Shown here in pieces: positions 46,746-58,877 of a stretch of DNA of 64,000 nucleotides. A program made the position numbers and the translations under genes. The DNA comes from Podarcis muralis (taxonomy: Eukaryota): positions 30,256,001 to 30,320,000 of the forward strand of contig NC_135659.1 in NCBI RefSeq assembly GCF_964188315.1. The letters are read 5' to 3'. Under the pieces are notes generated by a model. It was not told where the DNA came from, searched no databases, and saw only the letters and a program-made list of their open reading frames with translations. The first letter of the stretch is position 1, and each line of letters begins with the position of its first letter.

Positions 46746-48689
46746 GTCAGAGACCTGAAAGCTCTCTCCCAAAAATATTTATTCACTTAATAAATCATAA
46801 ACAAATATTTATCATGCTCTGCCACAATGGCAGACACCATGTTGCATACCGAGGCTGCTCCTCAACAGGTACTACAGAGAGAGTATTTATGTAGTTTTCC
46901 CCCTTTTCTTTCTTTTTTCAAAAATAAATCTTTCATTCAACACAAATTTACACAAACATTTACCATATTACAATTATTGTACATATTCTGCATAAGAAAA
47001 AGAAAAATACGACTAAAAAAAAAGAGAAAAAGAGTGAGAATAAAGAATAAAGATAAGAAAGATAAAACAAACCTCTCAAAAAACTGAGCCTCATTTGTTA
47101 TTTTTACACAGTGTCGTATTATTGTATTTATGTAGGTTAGGTTGGGTTGGAGAGCTCCTTCCTTTGGCAAGAAAAGATGCTCAGGAACTGTGGTGCAATG
47201 GCTTAGGAAGGAACTGCAATGCTATTGCCAAGTTATTGCAAAGCAAATCCGAGAAATGTTGCTCACGCATTCATATGTCAAAGGGATTAGCATCGCCAAT
47301 GCCTGGTAATTTAGAAAAGAAAAAGGGGAAAGGAAAGGAAAGATCCTGCTTTCCATTTCCCCCCGCCGATCACATCATGATAATATTTCTGTTTCCGAAT
47401 TGCCATGCCAGGTGTGAACTGGAATACAAAAGGCAGGATACCTGTAGGCGTGAGGTTCACTATAGTACCTAGCCAGCTTGTCATAGACTGCACAGCAATG
47501 ATTATGCGGAGTGTGGCAAGAGCATTGTATATAAATTTAACCTCCAGAAAAAGGGAAGGAGGAGAAAAAAGCCTCCACGAAAAGCTAAGCCAGCACATTA
47601 TCTAATTCTCAATGTAAAATAATGCAGGAGTGCGGAAGATGAACATCTGATTTGTCACATCTGATACACTAATGTTTTATCCAAAAGGAAGAACACATTG
47701 TAACATGCTCGTTCATCTGCATAAACACCACCTGGCCCTTTGCAGGCACCTACACAAGTTACAGAACTTAATGGCAGCCCATTTGTAGCCCTTTCACTGG
47801 TAGAAACGGGAGGCTGCTCTAGTTTTCCTTTTTGTTTTTTTTAAAAAGGAACATATTTATACAACTGTGTTAATCACACGTCATTCTGGCCTATGTGGTT
47901 TATTGCTGCCAATTTCTTCTTTATAATTATGGACGTTTAAAAGAATTATGAAATAAAACGAAGCTGTAATATATAAGGAAACAGAGATGACAGTATCTCC
48001 AGTGCTGAAATGTCTGCAGAGGCATCTGTGTATCTTAATGGCAGATTATGGAATAATTATGGTATGGAAGAAACCTAGGGGAGACTGGAACGTATTAGAA
48101 TAGGAGGTGAAACTCTGTATCTTTATGAAATTATTGAGTTGTTGTCCCATGATCTAAATAAGAATGAAGTAGTGTGCCGAATATTTGTTTACGAATGAAG
48201 CAGGTTTGGTGTGTGTGTGGTTTTTCTTTTCTTTCTTTTTTTAAAAAACTGACACATCCTGATTGTATGCCTCAGTAAGCATAGTTTTATGCTACATTAC
48301 ACACATGTATGTATCATCACATTTCCTTCTCGGACGAAAATAAAAACTAGGAACCCGAGACACTAAAATGCTTATGTACCAGTTAGGCAGGGTCAGAAAG
48401 GGATTTAGGCACGGAAGTGTGAAATGTAAAGTACGGAGGTGTGTCTCATACATGTGTGGTCCTTGTGCCCTGATGTGGCAGGGATGGGAAACAGAATGTG
48501 CTGAATGTCACCTTGATGTCTTAACTCTGGAGGGTGGCCTGCTTCACAGAAGCTGCCAATAGGCTTCCATTTTGCCTATGACCTGGCTCAGATGTAGAGA
48601 AACAAAATCAAGGGTAGGGCCGGCCCTCTTTACAGCAGTGAACACGTCACTGAAAAGCTGCTTGTCTGAAATGTCCAGAGTGTAATAAC

Positions 48690-49705
48690 AAAACCATTAT
48701 CCACCTCCTTGTTTTTCCAATGTCTAATATCTAATTTTATAGATGCTGGTTATAATATAGAAATGACTGTGTGGGGAAAATTATGGGTGTTACCTTATCA
48801 AGGAAAACTTACCAAAGATGATGTACCAGTGGTGCTTTTGACACCCAACAAACTGGTGAAAATGTACAAAAAAGGGTCAAATCTATGCTGGATGTCTCAT
48901 GTGTTAATGGGAACCTTGACGCATATGTGGTGGCCATGTAAATATGCTAGAGAATACTGGGAGATGATTCATACAGAATTAAAAACGATATTTAAGATAA
49001 CATTTCCCAAAAGACCTGAGGCATTTCTGTTACGGATAACAAGTGATGATATCCTGAAAAAGGCACTCTCTTTATACATGACCACCACAGCTAGACTGGT
49101 ATATACAAAGAAATAGAAAGAAAAAGAAATACCCATGAAAGAAATTTGGCAGAATAAACGGATAGAATACACATAATTAGTAACTATGACTGCAAAATTA
49201 AGAAATAAGGATGAGTCATGGATAAGAGATGAGTGGATGTGCTTTGAAGAGTATCTTAGAGGGTATAACAGTCAATTTTAACTCAGCAGGAATGAACATA
49301 TGAGCAGTAAAGGTAAAGGTAAAGGTAAAGGTAAAGGTAAAGGTAAAGGTACCCCTGCCCGTACGGGCCAGTCGTGTCCGACTCTAGGGTTGTGCGCCCA
49401 TCTCACTTAAGAGGCCGGGGGCCAGCGCTGTCCGCAGCCACTTCCGGGTCACGTGGCCAGCGTGACAAGCTGCATCTGGCGAGCCAGCGCAACACACGGA
49501 AGTGTTATCTATGAGCAGTAGATAACACTAAATAAAGGAAGATTTGAGATGAAAATGGGCGGAATAATAGAATATGCAGCCAACAAAAGACTACCTAGAA
49601 TGCAAAGGAGAGATGGACTGGGAAGTCTGAGGATAAGAGATAAATGATGACTATTGTATGATGGAGACATAAGTTGTAAAAATGCATAAATAAAATTAAA
49701 AGAAA
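48690..49705 (+). mobile_element. L1-clade LINE 3' fragment (ORF2 zinc-knuckle region and 3' UTR), interrupted by a SINE
   Basis: KMYKKGSNLCW...GTLTHMWWPCKYAREYWEMI resembles the CCHC-type C-terminus of L1 ORF2. Ends in aataaa and an A-rich tail. Confidence 0.7.
49310..49509 (-). mobile_element. Sauria SINE copy 6, distinct CpG-rich subfamily, 3' part only
   Basis: (ACCTTT)n tail of about 7 units. Perfect 11-bp TSD tatgagcagta at 49299-49309 and 49510-49520. Confidence 0.88.
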
Positions 49706-49807
49706 TATTTTTCTAATTTCAGACTGGCTGTAGAAGAGATGGCAAAAGATTTCCTTGCGATATGGCTACATGCTACAACTTTCCATCTTTCCCTGTGGTT
49801 AGGTACA

Positions 49808-49995
49808 AAGGGTGGTATAGCATAAGAATGTCAGCCTAGGGCCTGACAGTGCCAACTTCAAATGCTCAGTGAGTTATGTTGGGCCAGTCACTAGCTCTCA
49901 ATTGAACCCACCTGATTGGACTGTTGTGAAGATGTAACACAGGGCAGTGCCATGTATGTTGCATTGGACTAACTGGAGGAAAGATGGGACTTTAA
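49808..49995 (+). mobile_element. Old MIR/CORE-type SINE remnant
   Basis: ttgggccagtcactagctctca...gttgtgaagat CORE-like segment. Confidence 0.5.
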
Positions 49996-50271
49996 TGCGA
50001 TTAATTTTAAGTGTGGTGAATATTTGAGTGCTGCGAACTCAGGACAGGAGTAAAATGCTGTTGATGGTTCAGAAGCGATTCTGGGAAATGAAACAAGCAA
50101 AAACAAACATATTGGCTAAGGTTTTTTTTTTTTTTAAATAAAACTTTATTGCAAATATAACAAGAGGAAAGAGAAAAATACCTCAAATAAAACCCAGTGT
50201 GAGTTCCCATTAACAGTAAGAATAATCCATCAATCCATTAAAAAAAGGTAAGAATAACCCACTGATCCTAA

Positions 50272-50478
50272 AAACAAAAAAAAATTCCTTCCAGTAGCAC
50301 CTTAAAGACCAACTAAGTTAGTTCTTGGTATGAGCTTTCGTGTGCATGCACACTTCTTCAGATGTCATGCATGCACACGGAAGCTCATACCAAGAACTAA
50401 CTTAGTTGGTCTTTAAGGTGCTACTGGAAGGAATTTTTTTTGTTTTGACTATGGCAGACCAACACAGCTACCTATCTG
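50272..50478. mobile_element. Penelope-like element terminal (pLTR) fragment in inverted-repeat configuration
   Basis: About 70-bp inverted arms (50281-50350 vs 50368-50437, 1 substitution) with a 17-nt spacer. Perfect 13-bp TSD ccactgatcctaa at 50259-50271 and 50479-50491. Family assignment is recalled from squamate Penelope ends (gagctttcg...cacttcttcagat). Confidence 0.75.
50328..50364 (-). ncRNA. Minimal hammerhead ribozyme core (Penelope-type)
   Basis: Minus strand reads CAU-CUGAAGA-A-GUGUG(CAUG)CACAC-GAAA-GCUC-AUAC. All core nucleotides are present and helix III is the palindrome AGCU, but helix I has only 2 bp in this copy. Confidence 0.6.
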
Positions 50479-50491
50479 CCACTGATCCTAA

Positions 50492-50820
50492 GTTGAATAT
50501 AAGGGCTGTCACATGGAAGAGGGAACAAGCTTGTTTTCTCCTGCTCTGGAGGGTAGGACTCGAACCAATGGCTTCAAGTTACAAGAAAGGAGATTCCAAC
50601 TCAACATACGGGAAATTTATTTGACAGTAAGAGCTGTTCAACAGTGGAACAGTCTCCCTCAGGAGGTGGTGGACTCTCCTTCAATTGAGGTTTTTAAGCA
50701 GAGGTTGGATGGCTATCGGTCATGGATGCTTTAGCTGAGAGTCCTGCATTGCAAGGGGTGTGATTAAATGACCCTTGGGGTCCCTTCCAACTCTAAGATT
50801 CTGCGATTCTATGATTCTAT
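50492..50820 (+). mobile_element. CR1 LINE 3' fragment
   Basis: ORF2 C-terminus LFSPALEGRTRTNGFKLQERRFQLNIR...VRAVQQWNSLPQEVV...FKQRLD, then ggtcccttccaactct and an (ATTCTATG)n tail. Confidence 0.9.
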
Positions 50821-50884
50821 AATACACATGTCCAAATAGGTTTTCAAATGACATTGACAATTATTAGATATGTGCTAAACTGTA

Positions 50885-51234
50885 GGGATGTGGGTGGCGC
50901 TGTGGGTTAAACCACAGAGCCTAGGGCTTGTTGATCAGAAGGTTGGTGGTTTGAATCCCCGTGACAGGGTGAGCTCCCGTTGCTCAGTCCCTGCTCCTGC
51001 CAACCTAGCAGTTCGAAAGCACGTCAAAGTGCAAGTAGATAAATAGGTACCGCTCAGGTGGGAAGGTAAACGGTGTTTCTATGCGCTGCTCTGGTTCGCC
51101 AGAAGCGGCTTAGTCATGCTGGCCACCTGACCCGGAAGCTGTACGCCAGCTCCCTCAGCCAATAAAGCAAGATGAGCGTCGCAACTCCAGAGTCGTCCGC
51201 AACTGGACCTAACGGTCAGGGGTCCCTTTACCCT
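50885..51234 (+). mobile_element. Sauria SINE copy 7 (full length)
   Basis: Full head and tail. TSD taaactgta(g) at 50876-50884 and 51235-51243. Confidence 0.93.
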
Positions 51235-51451
51235 TAAACTGTAGAAAGTGCCGTGAAATCTTTAGTCCTGAGGAATGGATGGTGGCTGCTTGTCCTTCCA
51301 ACCTTGCAATAGCTCTCCTGGCAATGCTATGAGTTCACAGGATCAACTTTTGTTGCCCACCTGTTAAACCTCGCATCACAGGAATATAGTTTAAAAGTGT
51401 GTGATCACCCCCGAATTAGTGGCATTAATATCAATAGCTCCACTCTCTCGC

Positions 51452-51935
51452 TTTTTTTAATAATATTTTTTATTAATTTTCATCAAGAAAAATAGATAAC
51501 ATTTCAACTTAACAGATTTTCTCATTTTTGGACTTCCATCAGCCTTTCTGACAATCATCCAAATTAAACTTTTTAGTTACACATTTCTTAAATTTCTTAT
51601 TGCCTTTTAACATGCCCTTCCACACCTGTTTCTCTTTCTTACAATATTTCTTAAGTTTTTACAGAGCTTCTTTAAATGCCACTAACGTTATTTCATTGTC
51701 ACTTATACATCCCCAATACTCGACTAATTTTCCCCACTCCTCGATAAACTTTTGGTCTCGTAGATATCTGATCTTCCCTCTCATTTTATCAAGTTCTGCA
51801 TAGTCCATCAGCTTCATTCTCCACTCCTCCAAAGTAGGTACTTGTTCCTGTTTCCATCTCTGGGCCAGTAATATTCTCGCCGCTGTTACTGCATATTGGA
51901 AAAGTTTGCAATCCTTAGCTCCACTCTCAGTAGGA
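51452..51935 (-). mobile_element. L1-clade LINE 3' fragment
   Basis: Minus strand translates to LFQYAVTAARILLAQRWKQEQVPTLEEWRMKLMDYAEL..., with a poly-A/aataaa-type end near 51452-51475. Confidence 0.75.
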
Positions 51936-53525
51936 CTTAGTTGAAACCAAAACTATCTCACACATGTTGGCAACACACACACAAACACTTCAGCCCTTTC
52001 TTTCCAACCACCACCACCCACAAAATGAAAACAATTCCCACTTGTCCTCTCGACTAGGTTGAGTCTGCATAGTTAGAATTGACATCCCTCCCCTTTCCCC
52101 CCAGATTCAAAGCAGATGGAGTATTCTTATTCTTATTATTTAGGGGGAAATGATGGCTACTTGTCTGGCTCTCTTATGCGGGAGCCTTCAAGAGGAGCTT
52201 TCGATCAAGGCCCATGGATGGCTTGTTACATTTCTGGCAGCATAACTGGTGCCTTTTTCGGAACAAAGGGGGAAATTAGAAATCATTTGTCATAAAAGCC
52301 TTTTTTCCTACTCGGGTTCATAAGAGCCTTTGTCTTTTACTGACCCCTTTTGAAAGTTGCAGTTTCGCGAGAGGGAGGGGAGAAGAAGAACTCTTGAAAG
52401 GAGGACGATGCCTTGTCTTTAATCTAAGGGCAGTGTAAGAGCCTAAGTAACTGTCTATAGAGCCACTTTAATCAACTTAATGCAGCTCGCTAGGCTACAG
52501 GGGAGTACAAAGAGATACTCAGATGCAAGGCCCAGAGTGGATACTTTCACAGGGCATTTGACTAGAAAAGAAATCTCTACGAGATAAGAGATCAGGACCA
52601 AGAGGAGTCAATGACATGACATACAGTGGATTGATAGTGGCTGGGATGATGCTTCTGTCTGGTGTCAGGAGAGGTACAATGGCAAAAGCCAGCTGGTCCC
52701 TCCATTGAGCATCATTTCCTTTCCGAGGTGGCTGTGCAAAATAAGTGCACAGCGATGGACCTTTGTTTAGTTCAAAGGTTTCTTTCTTTCTCTCTTTTTT
52801 TTAAAAAAACCCTCTTTATTCTAAAGCCCCATTGTGAATTCACAGGGCTTAAAATATGTATCACTGTCCCTTTCATTTCATCCTTCTGGGGGAAGAAGAA
52901 ATCAAAGGCAGGGGGATGGGGAAGGGGGAAAGTTTTCATTTTTTCTTTCAACAAGCCATGTCTGTTTGAAATGGTATGGCGTTTGAACATATGGTCTCTA
53001 CCAATATTACTTTCTCAGTAGAATCTTTGTGATACCTGGGTGTGAGATAGGAGTTCAAAAAGCACACATGAGCCTGAAGTAACTTGCAGATGAGTAAAGC
53101 GTCCCTTTTTCCATTTTCTTCTACCTGCGTCATTTTGAAATGTATTTCCAGGGCTCTGAAACAAAAAGGTGCTGTGTAAATTCAAAGGAGGCCCAGTTTT
53201 CTAAAACAGTAAGCTTTCTAAAAGAATGCTCTTGAATGCATAGAAAAATTTGCTGCCAAGAAGTTGGCTGCAGTTCAACCCACAATTTATATGTGCTTAA
53301 TTCATTGATTACAGTGCTAAAAACTCTGGCTTGGATCATAGCTGCTGGCTTCACTACTGGGCTCCTTAAATCTGATGGAAGTCGATTTCGGCCTATGTAC
53401 ACACTGTACCTTTAAATGACATTTGACCCCCCCCCCCAAAAAAGAAAAGGATTCTGGGCATTCACATAGATACAGCTAACAAACCACAGTTCCCAGAATC
53501 TTCTTTGAGGAGGAAAAGTGGAATA

Positions 53526-53849
53526 CAGTGGTGCCTCGCAAGCCGAAATTAATTCGTTCTGTGAGTTTTTTCGTCTTGCGAAATTTTCGTCTTGCAAAGC
53601 AAGTTTTGGAAAAGCTTCAAAAATCACCAAAGTCTTCAAAAACCTCAAAAAAGGCTACCACACCACGTGCAACTGCACCTCTTCAAGCAATGCACCCTGG
53701 GTATTAACGGTTTTAAGAAAAAGGAAACAAACTTGCAAGACGTTTTCGTCTTGCAAAGCAAGCCCATAGGGAAATTCGTCTTGCGAAGCAACTCAAAAAA
53801 CCAAAAACCCTTTCGTCTTGCGAGTTTTTTGTCTTGCGAGGTACCACTG
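53526..53849. mobile_element. Tc1/mariner (Tigger-like) MITE, second family
   Basis: 17-bp TIRs cagtggt(g/a)cctcgcaag with 1 mismatch, TA duplication on both sides and internal ttcgtcttgc repeats. Confidence 0.9.
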
Positions 53850-54469
53850 TAGCTCAATAGCAAACAGGATTGCAACTTGTGTTTTCTGCAAAATACGCAC
53901 TTGAACCTCTTAACTTTTAACTGGGGACTGACTGATTCTGCTGTGTACCACTGAGTTAACACATGCCACAATTGCCTCATTACGTAAATCATGTTCAGAA
54001 TACCACAACACACACGCAACTGGCTGTAAAGTAACATAACATTATAAGTTATGAGAGTGTAACAAACAGAACTACTTAGTAACAATAAGGCAGCTGATGA
54101 TAGACCAGTTCTTAGGATACACCTTGTTTCTCCTGGAAATCTTGTCACTGAAGAAGCCCAATGGGCAAAACAAGGGTGTATCTTGAGAACTGGTCTTGAC
54201 TATCCTTGGACTTTACGACAATAAAAGCATATAGAAGGTTAATAGTAATATGATATGGTATTACCACCAGGAACTGTGCTTTGCAATTTTTTGATGTGAC
54301 AATTACAGTTTTATTATATATAATGTTATGTTACTTTACAGCCAGATATGTGTGTGTTGTGGTGTACCACTGAGTTACAGCTCTGGCGCCTCCTCACGCT
54401 CCATGAAAAATATGGGGTGTGAAATAACACACATCAGGAATGCAACACTGAGCTCCTTAGACAACTCCC

Positions 54470-54600
54470 CAAAGCTGTAGTGATGTTCCCCAACTTGGAT
54501 GGCTTTAAAAGAGGATTAGACAAATCCACGGAGTATAAGGCTTTCAGTGACTGCTAGCCATGATGGTGACAGTATGCCTCTAAATAACAGTTGCTGGGTG
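54470..54600 (+). mobile_element. CR1 ORF2/3' remnant
   Basis: aacttggatggctttaaaagaggattagacaaat, an LDGFKRGLDK-type CR1 terminus. Confidence 0.55.
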
Positions 54601-55052
54601 TCATGAGTATGAATGATACTGTTACAAAAGTCAGGTGCCCCCCTCTCTTTGCTGAGTGGTGGCAAGAACCCATGGGGTTCTCGGCACTCAGCCAGGGTCT
54701 GTGTTCCTCTGTAGCACTGAGACATGGCGGAGACTGTCATAGCCTTAAGAACTATGGTTTATTCACCTATTTACACCTTCAGTCTGCAAGGAGGGAGTCC
54801 AGATCTTATGACATGGTAATTTCAAGAGGGGCATATCTACCACAGCAGGGCGACCATGGAGCCCAAGGCATATTTTGCAGGCTGCCAGCAGCCCGCCTGC
54901 CCAAGATGGATCCTAGTCTTTCTCCTTCCTCTTCTTCTTCCCAGCGAACCTTGCTCAGGATTCTCTTCCTATCACCTCACACCCAGTTATGCTGGCAGCC
55001 TTCCAACCCCTGTCACTGTCCACACCTCGGAGCAACGGGGGAAAGGACAATT

Positions 55053-55316
55053 TGTTAAGTTGTAGGTGAACATATCAGACGACACAGCGATTCTTCAAAC
55101 AGCTCTTGTTTATTCACAGGCCAGAACAGAACTGAACTGAAGGGTTCAGCCAGCCTGCTTATATAGAGCTCCACTAGAACGCAACAGTAACCATTTTCTG
55201 TAACTATCCAATCACTGAACGTCACTTTCAATCTCTTATTTGCATATGTGGACCTGAGTGAAAACTATTTACAGTATCCCCCTGCTGGCCCAGGGTGAGA
55301 ACTTAAGTACATAACA
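55053..55316 (-). mobile_element. Solo LTR, 264 bp
   Basis: TGTTA...TAACA termini with a perfect 5-bp TSD caatt at 55048-55052 and 55317-55321. Minus-strand order is octamer (55238-55245), CCAAT box (55208-55212), TATATAA (55159-55165), AATAAA (55109-55114). Confidence 0.88.
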
Positions 55317-55552
55317 CAATTCTCTTGCATTGCCAATGGCCCTGTCATGTTAAGAAACAGTTGGTCAGGTCATTTGGCACAGGCTAGCCCAGGAATTCCT
55401 CGGCAGTTTGTATTTCTCCCTTAACACCCCAAATAATCAAAATCCAATCATTTATTAATTTATAGGGATTAGGTCTATTACAATACTGTTGCACTTGGAT
55501 GTTGCTTTCAGGCTTACCACAGGCATTTGTCTGCCTGCTATGAGAACAGGAT

Positions 55553-55700
55553 GGTGATCAGTTGGTTAGAGCATGGTGCTGATAATGCTAAGGTTGCAGG
55601 TTCGATCCCTGTATGGGACAGCTGCATATTCCTGCATGGCAGGGAGCTGGACTTGATGATCCTCAGGGTCCCTTCCAACTCTACAACTCTGTGATTCTAT
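55553..55700 (+). mobile_element. tRNA-head/CR1-tail SINE (Squam2-like) nested in a CR1 3' end
   Basis: A-box cagttggttagagc, B-box ggttcgatccc and tail ggtcccttccaactctac...ttctat. Flanks 55523-55552 and 55701-55751 join into one CR1 3' end. Confidence 0.75.
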
Positions 55701-57225
55701 AACTAGATGGGCCCTTGACCTCATCCAGCAGGGATCTTCCTATGTTCTTAACTGTTTGTGCTATGAACCCTATTGGCTAACAGTTTCTGGATCACACTAT
55801 AGGCTACAGAAACTGTTTACATCATTTAAGAAGATATGTGTGCGTTGGCTCTGCTGGTTCTACATGATATACTATCTGCTGACATATGAGACGTCGTTTA
55901 AATTCGATCTTGTATCCACTTGGTTAAGTTTAAAGCATAATCTCTGTGACTGACAGTCTTCATGGGGGGGGGGGGAATAAACTCCCCGCAGAACAGCCCA
56001 GCTTTACCATGAAGAGAGAAGCAACATGCGATAAGAGAGCAAAAATGTGGGTGACACTGAAGCGCTTCCTAAAGATTTGCGCATCATTCTGAGATGCGAA
56101 TCAAAAACAATTGTGACAGGTGAATGAAAAGGGGAAAAAAATTAAGATATCGCTACAAACAAAAGCAGCATTAATAATTCAGGTAAATAAACTTCGCAGT
56201 GCAGAAATAAAGCGGGCTGTCAAGGTGATGGAGACTCCTTCCTCAAGTACACTTAGGCAACAGAAGAATGCAGAGAGGTTTAATGTTATACCTTTGTCAA
56301 CAAGGGCTTTTTATTTCCCTAATTTCACTTCACTGGTTACGTTCCCCACCCCCACCCAGCTTCCTTAGTTTACTGTGGTTCATAACCCAGCCCCAGTAAA
56401 ATGAGTTTGATTTCCACTGCAGTAAATAAACTTCACTGCCATGTTAAGATGCTAACAGCGGGCTTATTACAATGCAAATTTCCCTCTTTTTATCTGTAAT
56501 ATGCTACCGTCTATCTATATTTAATGTGCACACAACTAACCCTTCTTTGCTATAGCCATCTTACCTCATCAAGCAAAGCCCTCAGATTTTCACATTCCTA
56601 AAAACGCACTTTAAAAATGAAACATTGCATTAGCATTTTTTGTATCTCGTGCTCTTAATAATTTGAGCAGAGTTGGTAGGGTGCAGTAAAAGTGTTGAGA
56701 TGGTGTACTTAGAACGGTATAAGGGTATTTGGATCATGGGGCCTACATGGACTTAAGTGGTCAATCCTACCTGGGATCTATGTTAGAAAGGTTGTCTCGA
56801 AAGGTTGGACTTTTCAAGGCTGGTGTTATGTCCTTCATTCTTCCATCTGTTGATATTTCCCATCATGACTCGGGGGAAGCGATTGTCTCACAGTTTTCCA
56901 AAAGCCTCTGTGTTGCTTCATCCCGTGAATCAGGAGCTTGTTAGAGACCTCTCTGTTTCAACAAAGAAACTGTCATCGCCGTGTTTATTTCAACCTAGGA
57001 AGAACGGTCTGATCCCAAACTGCCAATGGTTAATAAGAAAACTTCTGACCTTGCAGCTGGCAGACTCCTTTCCTCCTTACAGCTGAAAGTTTATAGAGGG
57101 TTATCCTTCCAGCTAGATTACATTCCAAATTGTCTCAGTTTCCTTCACATTCCTTTGAAAATAACGAAGAGTGGGGTGGTTTCATTCTATATTCCAACAT
57201 AGTCCTTTCAAAGGGAGAAACTTCC

Positions 57226-57229
<4 letters not shown>

Positions 57230-57278
<49 letters not shown>

Positions 57279-57296
57279 TCCCTCTCTCTCTCTCTC
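57230..57296. repeat. (CT)n microsatellite
   Basis: Direct reading. Other microsatellites are (TG)n at about 41633-41666, (CCCCT)n at about 42222-42256 and (AATG)n at about 62385-62405. Confidence 0.9.
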
Positions 57297-58877
57297 CATT
57301 CTATTCCTCTCACACATGCAGTTCCAGTTTAATGTTAAATTTCATGTTATTAACCCAACTTCACTTTTTATATTATATTTTATATTTTAACCTTGCATTC
57401 CGAGGAGGGTTGCCAAATCAGAAATGTAGAAGAAAACTTTGAAAAATCAACTGTAGGCTCCCCTCTCCTCACCATCTCTGGCACCGAATGAAACCTTCTC
57501 TCAATTCCAACCTTTAAATCCTTGTAGCCGAGATGTTCCGCAGTTTGTCATCTCATCGCTTCTAGCACACACCTGTACTTTACTCCAAGTAAAGCCCAGT
57601 TAGCAGGATATCCTCTGCTTCCAGGAATGGATTGGGCGGTCACAGCAGTCGGAGTGCTCCATGTACCCAGTGCCTTTCCCTGCCCTCGTATTTCATAGGG
57701 AAGCGAGCGCCAGACCACAGGGCAATCCGCAGGTGAGAACCCGTTCCTCTCCCACCCAGAGAGGAATTCAAAGAATGAGTTCCCCCCATCATTCTTTGCT
57801 TATCTCCATCTGTTTCTCCCTGTGATGTCGAGGGAGACCTCCATTCATGGCATAGGCGGAAACAAGAAGCCTCCAGTGATTTTTTTATTGATCTCATTCT
57901 GCTGTGTATGGTTTTAAGTAGGGCTGCTATATAACTTTGTCCAGATTTTTTAGGAATATGTCAACCATAGTTTTATGAAAATTTTGCGCTAGCACAGCTT
58001 TTAGATTGATTGGTTCAGTTCTCAGTTGATTGCATTTCATTGATTTTTTTTTTAAATTTCCTAAGTGGGTGGTATATAAATGCCATAAATAACATAATAA
58101 TAAATAAAGGAAGCTGACCACAGGCCAAGGTTAAGTCTGAGGGGTTAACTCAAGGCATGATGAGTATTTGAAGTGTGGGAGGATTTGTTCATGGGCAATG
58201 AGGAATACTTTGAAACCATCTTGCAACCACTACATATCTGACTTTTGACATTCTTTTCGGTCTTACAGAGGTGAGCTTGATTATCCTCATGTTTCACTGC
58301 TCCACCGCTGGCCCTGGAATGAACAAAACCCCCACAAATATTTCAAAATATACAGTGAAACTGAAGAATTCTCAAAAGAGGCAGCAGTGGAGACTGCTCC
58401 ATTAGGGCAAATGGGGTCTTACCAGAGAGATTCGGAGGGTGGCAACAAGAGTATGGGCCTTTTCCGTAGTGGCTTCCCGATTGTGGAATGCTCTCCCCAG
58501 AGAGGCTCGCCTGGCACCATCACTACATGGCTTGCACAGTTAAATCAATTAGTCTAATTGATCAATCTATCTAACATTGCAGCCCTCAATAAAAGATTTC
58601 ACTGTTTGCCTACACTTTCATTCAAGCAGCCTTGAAACAGGAAGCTGATTCTGACGGTTGTTTCATTGTGCATCCTAGCTTTGACAAAAACCATGTTCGA
58701 TGCTTCTTTTAATGATTACATCTTGACGAAACAGTAGGAGAAACTAAAAATAAAGTAAAAAACACAGGACAAATAAGTACCTGAATTAGCCCTGCCATAT
58801 TCCTAAAAGTGAAAATCCGGACAAAGTTGTTGAGCTCTTTCCCCCTCTTCTTCTGAAAGTTGTTGTCAAAATATTGC

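Noticed and set aside
57919-57971. Tiny tagggttgccatat-type terminal motifs (also near 32745-32870, 37140-37158 and 58790)
   Set aside because: Probably degenerate MITE ends, but boundaries and TSDs could not be established.
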